A stretch of 64,000 nt of DNA from Patescibacteria group bacterium (lineage in GTDB: Bacteria; Patescibacteriota; Minisyncoccia; Portnoybacterales; GWB1-42-6). Made by a program: the position numbers and the translations under genes. Position 1 is the first letter of the stretch. Each line of letters begins with the position of its first letter. The notes below the pieces were generated by a model, which was not told where the DNA came from, did not search any database, and saw nothing but the letters and a program-made list of their open reading frames with translations. Positions 1 through 8,811 of this stretch are shown here, piece after piece. The stretch covers positions 297,273 to 361,272 of the forward strand of contig JAKLIA010000001.1 of assembly GCA_022709865.1 (NCBI GenBank), written 5' to 3'.

Positions 1-11
1 CAGGAAAACTT

Positions 12-1088
12 ATGTTGACCGTTGTAGTTTTTATTTTAATTTTGGGCTTATTGGTTTTTGTCCATGAGTTGGGGCATTTTTTGGTTGCCAAAAAAATGGG
101 CGTGAAAGTGGAAGAGTTCGGTTTTGGCTTTCCGCCCCGCTTATTTGGGATAAAAAAAGGGGAAACGATATATTCCCTTAATGCAATTCCGCTGGGTGGT
201 TTTGTAAAAATATTTGGCGAAGACGGAGAAGAAAAAAATAACAAGTTTTCTTTTGCGGCTAAAAAGATCTGGCAAAGAGCAGGGGTTTTATTAGCTGGCG
301 TGGCGATGAATATTCTTTTGGCGATAGCGCTTTTAAGTTTGGGGTATATGATTGGCTTACCTTGGTCCGTTAGCGACGAGGAGGCTGTTAGCGGCGCTAA
401 GGTGCAAATAACTCAAGTGGTAGCCAATTCTCCGGCTGATGAAGCTGGCTTTAAAGTCGGCGATGCTATTTTAGGCGCTAGTTCTTTAAGCGGCCAATTA
501 TCAAGCGTAGAAAAAGTTTCTGCTGTGCAGGATTTTATCGATAAAAATAAAGGGCAAGCGGTGGTGGTCTTATTGAAAAGAGGGCAAACCGAACTTCAGG
601 TAAGTTTAGTGCCGCGTGTTGAAGCGCCGCAAGATGAAGGCGCGATGGGTGTGGGGCTGGCGCGTGTGGCAACTATATCTTTTTCTTGGCAGCGGGCAAT
701 TTACGAAGGCGCTAAAGAAACTTTCACCTTGCTTTGGCTAATAATCTTATCTCTGGGAAGCTTAATTTGGCAGCTTTTTAGTTCTGGCGGAATTGGCGGC
801 GAAGTGGTGGGGCCGGTTGGCATTTTTTCTCTGACGGGCCAAGCAGCACAAATGGGTTTTGTTTATTTGCTGCAATTTACCGCTCTGCTTTCGGTGAACT
901 TGGCGATAGTTAATGCTTTGCCTTTTCCGGCGCTGGACGGCGGGCGGGTGATATTTTTAATAATCGAAAAGATCAAAGGTTCGCCAGTGAGCCAGGCAGT
1001 AGAAAAGGCGATCCATACCGCCGGGTTTGCTTTCTTGATTTTGTTGATGGTTGTGATAACTTTTAAGGACATAGTAAGGCTTTTTTAA
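12..1088 (+). CDS. rseP: RIP site-2 metalloprotease (M50, RseP-like) with PDZ domain
   Basis: HELGH zinc motif near N-terminus, PDZ-like middle region, C-terminal NALPFPALDGGRV motif typical of M50 proteases. Confidence 0.85.
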   Translation: MLTVVVFILILGLLVFVHELGHFLVAKKMGVKVEEFGFGFPPRLFGIKKGETIYSLNAIPLGGFVKIFGEDGEEKNNKFSFAAKKIWQRAGVLLAGVAMNILLAIALLSLGYMIGLPWSVSDEEAVSGAKVQITQVVANSPADEAGFKVGDAILGASSLSGQLSSVEKVSAVQDFIDKNKGQAVVVLLKRGQTELQVSLVPRVEAPQDEGAMGVGLARVATISFSWQRAIYEGAKETFTLLWLIILSLGSLIWQLFSSGGIGGEVVGPVGIFSLTGQAAQMGFVYLLQFTALLSVNLAIVNALPFPALDGGRVIFLIIEKIKGSPVSQAVEKAIHTAGFAFLILLMVVITFKDIVRLF

Positions 1089-1093
1089 TAAGC

Positions 1094-2146
1094 ATGTTCA
1101 ATAAACTTTTTAGCCAATTTTCTAAAGATATCGGCATAGACTTGGGTACAGCCAATACCCTGGTTTATGTTCGCGGCCGCGGGATAGTTATCAATGAGCC
1201 TTCGGTAGTGGCAGTTAACCAAAAAACCGGCCAAATATTGGCGATTGGCAACGAAGCCAAGCGCATGGTAGGGCGCACTCCCGGGCATATCGTAGCTACG
1301 CGTCCCTTGGTGGACGGCGTAATTTCCGATTTTGAGGTGACCGAACAGATGTTGCGTTATTTTATCAGCCAAGTTAGCAATAAAAGCTTATCTTTTTTGG
1401 CGCGGCCTAGAGTGGTTATTGGCGTGCCTTGCGGCGTGACCGAAGTGGAAAAGCGGGCCGTGGAAGATGCGGCGCGCAGCGCTGGAGCGCGGGAAGTTTT
1501 TTTGATCGAAGAGCCGATGGCCGCGGCGATCGGCGCCAGGCTCCCGGTGCAAGATTCCGTGGGCAATATGATAGTTGATATTGGCGGAGGCACTTGCGAA
1601 GTGGCGGTAATTTCTCTAGGAGGAATTGTTGTCAGCAAGAGTTTGCGGGTGGCCGGTGATAAGCTAAATGAAGAAATAATTAAATATGCGCGGGATGAAT
1701 ATAAGCTTTTATTGGGCGACAAGACGGCTGAAGATATAAAAATCTCTGTTGGTTCGGCTTATGAACAGAATGAAAAATTAAAAGGCGTGATGCGGGGCCG
1801 GGATTTGATCAATGGCTTGCCAAAAGAAATAATAGTTAGCGATTATGAGATTAGGGAAGCCTTATCCCGCTCTGTTAAAATGCTGGTGAACGCTATCCGG
1901 AGCACGGTGGAACAAACCCCGCCAGAATTAGTAGCTGATATTATGGAGCGAGGCATCATGCTCTCGGGCGGCGGAAGCTTATTGCGGGGTTTGGATAAAT
2001 TAGTGGCGGAAGAAACTCAAATGCCTGTGCGGGTGGCAGAAGATCCATTGACCGCGGTGGTCAGGGGTTGCGGTGTGGTGCTGGAAGACATAGAAAAGCT
2101 TAGTGAGGTTTTAGTCTCGCCGCAATACCGCGAAGCGCCAAGGTAA
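1094..2146 (+). CDS. mreB: rod shape-determining actin homolog MreB
   Basis: N-terminal IGIDLGTANTLVYV actin/Hsp70 fold motif; 350 aa; followed by mreC/mreD. Confidence 0.9.
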   Translation: MFNKLFSQFSKDIGIDLGTANTLVYVRGRGIVINEPSVVAVNQKTGQILAIGNEAKRMVGRTPGHIVATRPLVDGVISDFEVTEQMLRYFISQVSNKSLSFLARPRVVIGVPCGVTEVEKRAVEDAARSAGAREVFLIEEPMAAAIGARLPVQDSVGNMIVDIGGGTCEVAVISLGGIVVSKSLRVAGDKLNEEIIKYARDEYKLLLGDKTAEDIKISVGSAYEQNEKLKGVMRGRDLINGLPKEIIVSDYEIREALSRSVKMLVNAIRSTVEQTPPELVADIMERGIMLSGGGSLLRGLDKLVAEETQMPVRVAEDPLTAVVRGCGVVLEDIEKLSEVLVSPQYREAPR

Positions 2147-2158
2147 AATATTATAAAA

Positions 2159-2959
2159 ATGAAAGATATCGATAAATCAAAGTGGATAAAATTCTTTATA
2201 GTTTTGGCGGTAATTTTGCTGCTGATTTTTTTTAATTTTCGCGGATTACTGTCTGCTCCCAAATCTTGGGCGCTTTTTGCGGCCAGCCCTTTTTTAAAAT
2301 TATTTCAAGTCATGGATAAAGGGGTTTCTGGTTCTTGGGCTTTCTTTTTGGCGATAAAAGACCTGAATAAAGAGAACGCTGGGTTAAAAAGCGAGAACCA
2401 ATTTCTTTTTGAAGAAGTGACGCGCTTAAAAGAAGTGGCTCGCGAAAATGAGCTTTTACGCCAGCAAATAGGCATCGGGCAGGCTGAACAACAAAGATTA
2501 GTTATGGCGGAAGTTATTGGATATAACCCGACTCTCGGCCAATACATTTTAATTGATAAAGGCGCTAAAGACGGGATAACGGTTGACCTGGCTGTGGTGG
2601 CGGCTAACAATTTTTTGGTTGGCCGGGTGGCGGAAGTTAATGCTAATTTTTCCAAGGTTCTTTTGATCTCTGATAGCGATTCTTTGGTCAATGCAATAAC
2701 TCAGGACACCAGAATAAGCGGGGTGGTTAAAGGCAACCACGGATTAGGCGTTTTAATGGAGATGATACCTATTGATGCCCAAGTGGCGGTTGGGGAAACA
2801 GTTCTGACTTCCGGCCTGAATGAAACTATTGCTAAAAACTTGATCGTGGGACGCGTGGAGGAGGTCATAAAAAAGGAGAGCGATATATTCCAAAGCGCGA
2901 CCATTAAAGCGGCGGTTGAGTTTGATAAATTGGAGCAAGTTTTTATCTTGTTCCCATAA
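2159..2959 (+). CDS. mreC: rod shape-determining protein MreC
   Basis: N-terminal TM, coiled-coil region and beta-rich C-terminus; position between mreB and mreD. Confidence 0.75.
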   Translation: MKDIDKSKWIKFFIVLAVILLLIFFNFRGLLSAPKSWALFAASPFLKLFQVMDKGVSGSWAFFLAIKDLNKENAGLKSENQFLFEEVTRLKEVARENELLRQQIGIGQAEQQRLVMAEVIGYNPTLGQYILIDKGAKDGITVDLAVVAANNFLVGRVAEVNANFSKVLLISDSDSLVNAITQDTRISGVVKGNHGLGVLMEMIPIDAQVAVGETVLTSGLNETIAKNLIVGRVEEVIKKESDIFQSATIKAAVEFDKLEQVFILFP

Positions 2960-2962
2960 AAA

Positions 2963-3490
2963 ATGAAGATCGTTTTTATTTTTTTGATCTCGATTTTATC
3001 TGTTGCGGCGCAATTAACCTTGATGCCGCATTTATCGTTTTTGGCGGCAACGCCGAACTTAATTTTGGCTAGCGTTTTGGCTTGGGCAATTTGGCGGCCT
3101 GAAGATAAAAAAGAATGGTTTATCCTAATACCGATATTGTTATTTGACCTGGTTGCGGGGCAGCCATTTGGCTTGATAACTCTTAGCTTGTGTCTGGTTT
3201 TTTTCTGCCTGGAAGAGCTAGGATTGATAATTTTTAAGCAAAACGACTTGCCAGCCGTTTTTTCCTTAACTTTTTTAGGCATCGTCTTGTTTGAGCTTTT
3301 TCAGGTTTTATTAAGCCGTTTGTTTGCGGTTTGGCATTTAATGGAACCAATAAGGTTAACGGCTTTTTATTTCTACGGCTCTTTGCCGTTTAACCTCTTA
3401 TTGAACGGAGCCTTGAGCTTATTATTTCTTTGGGCTTTAAATAAAAGTAAAATATTTCAAAATAATGGACCGCTTGCCAAACTCAAATAG
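2963..3490 (+). CDS. mreD: rod shape-determining protein MreD (polytopic membrane)
   Basis: 175-aa multi-TM protein directly after mreC, overlapping the PBP2 gene. Confidence 0.65.
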   Translation: MKIVFIFLISILSVAAQLTLMPHLSFLAATPNLILASVLAWAIWRPEDKKEWFILIPILLFDLVAGQPFGLITLSLCLVFFCLEELGLIIFKQNDLPAVFSLTFLGIVLFELFQVLLSRLFAVWHLMEPIRLTAFYFYGSLPFNLLLNGALSLLFLWALNKSKIFQNNGPLAKLK

Positions 3491-5399
3491 GGCGCTGGAT
3501 AAGCTTAGGATCAAAACTATCTTTAAAGAGACGATCGAGCCGGAAGAGATATTGCTTGATGCAACAAAGTCTTCCAGCTTAGCAGATCAAAGGATAGAAG
3601 TGCCGATAAAGCAAAAAACATTTCGTTTTTTTAGCGGAATTATTTTTGGCGCTTTTTTGATCCTCTTTGCCCAAGCGGCTTATATGCAAATAAAAGAAGG
3701 CAGCGATTTTAAAGCTTTAGCTGAAAAAAATAAAACCCGATCGCTACCGATCTTTGCTTCTCGGGGTATAATTTATGATAAAAACTTAAAACAGTTAGTT
3801 TTTAACGTGCCTAGTTTTAACTTGGTTGTTAGTTTGCCGGATTTGCCAAGAGAGGCGGCAGAGCGCCAAGAATCAATAGCAAAAATGGCCGGAATCATTA
3901 ATCTGGATGAAGCGGATATTCTGGAGCAAATAGCCGGCATTAATTTTAAGCGCGGCTCTACCGCTGTTATCGTTGAAGGCTTGGAACATGAAAAACTGCT
4001 TGAGCTTCAAACTAAAATAAGCGAGTTTCCCGGTTGGCGCATAGAGCAAAATATTACCCGCCAATATGTTGAGCCTGAAGTGTTTTCGCATATCTTGGGT
4101 TATATGGGCAAATTAACCAGCGAAGACGTTGAAGAAAACCCGGATTATCTTTTAACAGAAAAAATTGGCAAAAATGGGCTGGAATCTTTTTATGAAGAAA
4201 TATTAAGAGGGACCCCCGGACAGAAGCTTCTGGAAGTTGATTCTTTGGGCCGCTTAAAAGGAGAGGTGGCGGAAGAGCAGCCGCAAGATGGGCAAGGGCT
4301 TTTATTAACAATAGATGGCCGATTGCAAGAAGCTCTTTATAATAATTTGAAAGAAGTTTTATCGGCAAAAAGACTAAAAAAAGCGGCCGCGGTCGCACTG
4401 GATCCGCAAAGCGGTGGCATCTTGGCGTTAGCCAGTTTTCCGAGCTTTGATAATAATCTTTTCGCAAAAAGCTTGTCATTGGAAAACTACAGCAATTTAT
4501 TGAACGATCCAACACAGCCGCTTTTTAATCGGGCGATTTCCGGCCAATATGCTCCTGGTTCAACGGTTAAGCCTTTGATCGCTAGCGCGGCGCTGCAAGA
4601 AAAAATAGTTTCAGCATTAACTAAGATCTTTGACTCGGGCGAATTGGCGCTAGCCAACCAATATAACTCCGATATTGTTTACCGTTTTGCTGATTGGAAG
4701 GCGCACGGTGTGGTGGACCTATATTCGGCTATTGCTCAATCTTGTGATGTCTATTTCTATACAATCGGCGGCGGTTATGGTAATATTACGGGGCTTGGAG
4801 TTGAGCGTTTGGAAAAATATTTTAAGTTGTTTGGCTTTGGCAGTTTGCTGGGGATTGATTTGCCAGGCGAGAATAAAGGATTGGTTCCTAGCGAGCAATG
4901 GAAACAAGAAACCAAAAAAGAGGATTGGTATACGGGAGATACATACCATATTTCCATCGGCCAAGGAGACCTATTGGTCACGCCTTTGCAATTAGCTGTT
5001 GCTAACGCTGCGATTTTAAACGGCGGCAAAATAATAGAGCCGCGTTTGGTTGACAAAATCATTGATTCGGATAAAAATGTTATCAAAACGAACGAATCAA
5101 AAATTATTCAGCAAGGATTTATTGATGAAGCTAATTTGGCTATCATAAAAAAAGCTATGCGCCAAACCGTCACCGACGGTTCGGCGCTTCTACTTAATAA
5201 TTTGCCCTTTGCTACGGGTGCTAAAACCGGAACCGCCCAGGTTGCCGGCCAGGCCAATCCTAATGCTTGGGCCACGGTCTTTGCCCCATACGATAATCCC
5301 CAGATGGTAATAGTTGTTTTGGTGGAGAATGCCGGCGAAGGCAGCCAGATCGCAATTCCGGTGATCAACGAAACTTTGAAGGAATACTATAATAAGTAA
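3465..5399 (+). CDS. mrdA: penicillin-binding protein 2 (elongasome transpeptidase)
   Basis: N-terminal TM, PBP dimerisation domain, transpeptidase motifs STVKP (SxxK) and KTGTA; follows mreBCD. Confidence 0.85.
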   Translation: MDRLPNSNRALDKLRIKTIFKETIEPEEILLDATKSSSLADQRIEVPIKQKTFRFFSGIIFGAFLILFAQAAYMQIKEGSDFKALAEKNKTRSLPIFASRGIIYDKNLKQLVFNVPSFNLVVSLPDLPREAAERQESIAKMAGIINLDEADILEQIAGINFKRGSTAVIVEGLEHEKLLELQTKISEFPGWRIEQNITRQYVEPEVFSHILGYMGKLTSEDVEENPDYLLTEKIGKNGLESFYEEILRGTPGQKLLEVDSLGRLKGEVAEEQPQDGQGLLLTIDGRLQEALYNNLKEVLSAKRLKKAAAVALDPQSGGILALASFPSFDNNLFAKSLSLENYSNLLNDPTQPLFNRAISGQYAPGSTVKPLIASAALQEKIVSALTKIFDSGELALANQYNSDIVYRFADWKAHGVVDLYSAIAQSCDVYFYTIGGGYGNITGLGVERLEKYFKLFGFGSLLGIDLPGENKGLVPSEQWKQETKKEDWYTGDTYHISIGQGDLLVTPLQLAVANAAILNGGKIIEPRLVDKIIDSDKNVIKTNESKIIQQGFIDEANLAIIKKAMRQTVTDGSALLLNNLPFATGAKTGTAQVAGQANPNAWATVFAPYDNPQMVIVVLVENAGEGSQIAIPVINETLKEYYNK

Positions 5400-5423
5400 G
5401 TTTTATAAATTAATATTTAATAC

Positions 5424-5876
5424 ATGCCACAATATCTTAGTGAAGAGGGCTTTAAAGAGCACAAGCAGGAGCTGGAAGAATTAAAATTGAAAAGGCAAGA
5501 AATTGCTAACCGTTTGGAAGAGGCCAAGGCCTTAGGGGACCTTTCTGAAAACCAAGAATATATTTCTGCGCGGGAAGCCCAGGCTTTTAATGAGGGGAAA
5601 ATATTGGAATTGGAACAACTGTTGCGCGAAGCCACGATGATAGATAAAAATCGGCATTCACATATAGTCCATATTGGTTCGGCTGTGGAAGTGCGCGCCA
5701 ACGGGAAAAGCCATAATTTTGTTATTGTCGGTTCGGAAGAAGCTAATCCCGCCGCGGGAAAGATCTCTAATGAATCGCCTTTGGGCAAAGCTTTTTTGGG
5801 CCATAAAGCCGGAGAGACAGTGGAAGTGGAAACGCCAGCCGGAAAAAGCAGCTATAAAATAATGTCTATTAACTAG
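5424..5876 (+). CDS. greA: transcription elongation factor GreA
   Basis: 150 aa; N-terminal coiled-coil with GDLSENxEY-type motif, C-terminal FKBP-like domain. Confidence 0.85.
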   Translation: MPQYLSEEGFKEHKQELEELKLKRQEIANRLEEAKALGDLSENQEYISAREAQAFNEGKILELEQLLREATMIDKNRHSHIVHIGSAVEVRANGKSHNFVIVGSEEANPAAGKISNESPLGKAFLGHKAGETVEVETPAGKSSYKIMSIN

Positions 5877-5880
5877 ACCT

Positions 5881-7329
5881 ATGTCATTGGAAAAAATAAA
5901 ATCTGACCGTTTAGAAAAGCTAGCGCGCCTTAAGGCGGCTGGCATTGATGCCTATCCGGCGCAAACAGCGCCAGGGAGGATTTTATCCGAGCAAGCGCTG
6001 GCTAAGTTTGAAGAATATGAGCGCTTGAAAAAAGAAATTATTTTAGCCGGCCGTTTACGCATTTTGCGCTTGCATGGCGGTTCGTGTTTCGCGCGGCTTC
6101 AAGACGGTTCCGGTCAGATCCAACTATTTTTTAAAAAAGATGTTTTAGGCGAGGAAGCTTATAAATTGTTTGCCGACAATTTTGATGTTGGCGATTTTGT
6201 GGAAGTGGCAGGGGAGTTATTTAAAACGCAAACGGAAGAAAAAACTTTGCTGGTAAAAAGCATTCGCTTGCTGACCAAATCTTTAAATCAGCTGCCGGAT
6301 AAATGGCATGGCTTAAAAGATACGGAAGAGCGGTTCCGCCGGCGGTATCTGGATCTAATTATGGATGAAGAAGCGCGGGCTAAGTTTAAGGCACGCAGTG
6401 AAGTGATAAAAAATATTAGAACGTTTCTGGATGGTCGCGGCTTTGTGGAAGTGGAAACGCCGGTTTTGCAGGCTTTGCCGGGCGGCGCCTTAGCCAGGCC
6501 TTTTAAAACTCATTTAAATGCTTTGGACCTGGACCTTTATTTGCGTGTGGCGCCGGAACTTTATTTAAAGAGGCTCTTGGTTGGCGGTTTTGAAAAAGTT
6601 TATGAAATGGGCCGATGCTTTAGGAACGAAGGCATGGATAAGTTTCATAATCCGGATTTTACTATCCTGGAGTTTTATTGGGCTTATGCCGATTATGAGC
6701 AATTGATGGAATTAACTGAGGAGATGTTCGAATTTTTGGTGCCGGAAACGGAAATAGAATATCAGGGCCAAAAAATTAATTTTGCCTCTCCCTTCAAGCG
6801 AATAGCTATGGCTGAGCTGATAAAAGAGCATTATAGTTTGGACATTAACAAAGCCGATAAAAAAGACCTAATGAAAGCTTTAGAATCGGCCGGAGAGAAA
6901 ACAGATAAAGAAATGCCGGAGTGCAAAATGGTTGACGAACTTTTTAAAACTATCCGGCCAAAAATTATTCAGCCGACTTTTATAACGCAGCATCCTTTAG
7001 CTATGTCGCCATTAGCTAAGGCTTCAAGTGAAAACCCGCAAGAAGCGGCTAGATTCCAATTGGTGGTGGCCGGGGTGGAATTAATAAATGCTTATTCGGA
7101 ACTGAATGACTCGCAAGAGCAGGCGGCCAGAATGAAAATGCAAGAGAATCACCGCGAGGGCGACGAAGAGATACAAAGATTTGACCAGGATTTTATTGAG
7201 GCTCTGGAATATGGCATGCCGCCGGCGGCCGGTTGGGGTATTGGCATTGATAGATTGGTGATGATTTTAACTAACGCGCCCACTATGCGCGAAGTGATTT
7301 TATTCCCGGCAATGCGGGATAAGGAATAA
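5881..7329 (+). CDS. lysS: lysyl-tRNA synthetase (class II)
   Basis: Class II motifs (RCFRNEGMD, GGALARPF), OB-fold N-terminus, 482 aa. Confidence 0.9.
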   Translation: MSLEKIKSDRLEKLARLKAAGIDAYPAQTAPGRILSEQALAKFEEYERLKKEIILAGRLRILRLHGGSCFARLQDGSGQIQLFFKKDVLGEEAYKLFADNFDVGDFVEVAGELFKTQTEEKTLLVKSIRLLTKSLNQLPDKWHGLKDTEERFRRRYLDLIMDEEARAKFKARSEVIKNIRTFLDGRGFVEVETPVLQALPGGALARPFKTHLNALDLDLYLRVAPELYLKRLLVGGFEKVYEMGRCFRNEGMDKFHNPDFTILEFYWAYADYEQLMELTEEMFEFLVPETEIEYQGQKINFASPFKRIAMAELIKEHYSLDINKADKKDLMKALESAGEKTDKEMPECKMVDELFKTIRPKIIQPTFITQHPLAMSPLAKASSENPQEAARFQLVVAGVELINAYSELNDSQEQAARMKMQENHREGDEEIQRFDQDFIEALEYGMPPAAGWGIGIDRLVMILTNAPTMREVILFPAMRDKE

Positions 7330-7343
7330 ATATTATTAGGATA

Positions 7344-7371
7344 AAAGCCCCATCCGGGGCTTTTATTTTTT
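7344..7371 (+). terminator. rho-independent terminator after lysS
   Basis: aaaagccccatccggggctttt hairpin followed by a T-run. Confidence 0.7.
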
Positions 7372-7382
7372 AAACTAGCAAT

Positions 7383-7751
7383 ATGAAGCTTGTTTTTGAT
7401 AAAGAAAATTATTATTGGACTGACCATGTTAGAAGGAAGATGCAACAGTATCGGTTAGTTGAGAGCCGGGTAAAAAGAGTCTTGCGCCACCCCAAGCGCG
7501 TGGAAGTGGGTGTGGCTGAGGATACGGTGGCAAGCATGCAGCCGGCCGGAAGCAAAAAGCATCCGTTTGAGATCTGGGTTATGTGGCAGCAAAAAAATAA
7601 AAATAAAAGTTCAAAAAATAAGTTTAATGTCGGCGGCCAATTAATAACAATTATTTCTGCTTGGCGGTATCCCGGAGTAAGCCCTTTGCGCGAGCCGCCG
7701 CCAATCCCTGATGATGCCTGGGAAGAATTGCGCCGGATAAAAAAAGCGTAG
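7383..7751 (+). CDS. hypothetical small basic protein (possibly DUF4258-like)
   Basis: 122-aa ORF co-oriented with flanking genes; an antisense ORF fully overlaps it; no confident motif. Confidence 0.35.
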   Translation: MKLVFDKENYYWTDHVRRKMQQYRLVESRVKRVLRHPKRVEVGVAEDTVASMQPAGSKKHPFEIWVMWQQKNKNKSSKNKFNVGGQLITIISAWRYPGVSPLREPPPIPDDAWEELRRIKKA

Positions 7752-7851
7752 TCTGTGGAGGGGCTGATTGCCAAAGAAAAATCCCGGGTTATAATTAAAG
7801 AAGAAATAGCCCGCCTTCGTTAAAACTTCGGCGGGTAAAAAATCCGGACTT

Positions 7852-8736
7852 ATGTTTGCTTATCGGAGAAAAAAACGCTCTCATATTTTTAGCATACCGG
7901 CCAAAGCCAAGCGCCATAAAATTGATTGGCAAGTATGGCTTTATTGGCTCTTTGCCCTTTTAGCCCTAGCCGGGCTTTTATATTTGGTCTTTTGGTCGCC
8001 ATTTTTTAAGATAAAAAAATGGAGCGTTGAAGGAGAGGGCTTTACCGCTACCGCTCAAGCGCAGGAATTAGTTAACCGGATGTTGCAAGAAAAGATTTGG
8101 CAGGTAATCCCTAAAGACAATTTAATTGTTTTTTCGAGCAAAAAAATTATTAGCCAGATCTTAGCTGATTTTCCGGAGGCTCAATCGGTCAAAGTTGATA
8201 AGGATATATTTAAAGGGATAAAGATTACCATAAAAGGGCGCCAGTCCGCAGCTATTTGGTGCAAGAGCTCGGCTGATTTTATTTTTGTTGGCTTCCAGGC
8301 AACATCAACGGATAGCGCTCTTTCTTTGCCTTCAAGCGAACAATGTTTTTTTGCGGACAGCGAAGGCTTGATCTTCCGTGAGGCCCCGGCGATTTCTGGG
8401 ACTTTTTTGCCAACTTTTTTTAGCCAAAGCCAACAAGATTTTAGCATTGGCGAACGGGCAATTGCTTCTTCAACTTTGCTTTTCTCCAGCCAGCTAAAGA
8501 AACAATTAAGAGGAATGGATATCGAGCTGCTTGGTTTTGTTGACGGCGCATCAGGCAGCCAGGAACTAGCAGCGATAACGAATGAAGGCTGGGTAGTTTA
8601 TTTTAATGTTAACCGTTCCTCTTCTGTCCAAATAAAATCTTTGATGGCTTTATTGGAAAGTAATGACATTAAATCTAAAAGGGCAAGTTTGCAATACATT
8701 GATCTAAGGATGTCGAATAAGGCCTATTACAAATAG
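7852..8736 (+). CDS. ftsQ: cell division protein FtsQ/DivIB-like (POTRA domain)
   Basis: Basic N-terminus, one TM, POTRA-like region (WQVIPKDNLIVF...) and beta-domain; 294 aa. Confidence 0.6.
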   Translation: MFAYRRKKRSHIFSIPAKAKRHKIDWQVWLYWLFALLALAGLLYLVFWSPFFKIKKWSVEGEGFTATAQAQELVNRMLQEKIWQVIPKDNLIVFSSKKIISQILADFPEAQSVKVDKDIFKGIKITIKGRQSAAIWCKSSADFIFVGFQATSTDSALSLPSSEQCFFADSEGLIFREAPAISGTFLPTFFSQSQQDFSIGERAIASSTLLFSSQLKKQLRGMDIELLGFVDGASGSQELAAITNEGWVVYFNVNRSSSVQIKSLMALLESNDIKSKRASLQYIDLRMSNKAYYK

Positions 8737-8771
8737 AGACGCCCAATAGCTGCTTGTACCGAAGACAAATT

Positions 8772-8799
8772 AAAAATCCCCAGACAGGGGATTTTTAAT
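8772..8799. terminator. bidirectional terminator between the convergent ftsQ-like gene and the GT-C gene
   Basis: aaaaatccccagacaggggattttt perfect hairpin flanked by A/T runs on both sides. Confidence 0.65.
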
Positions 8800-8811
8800 T
8801 TGTTAAAGGTT

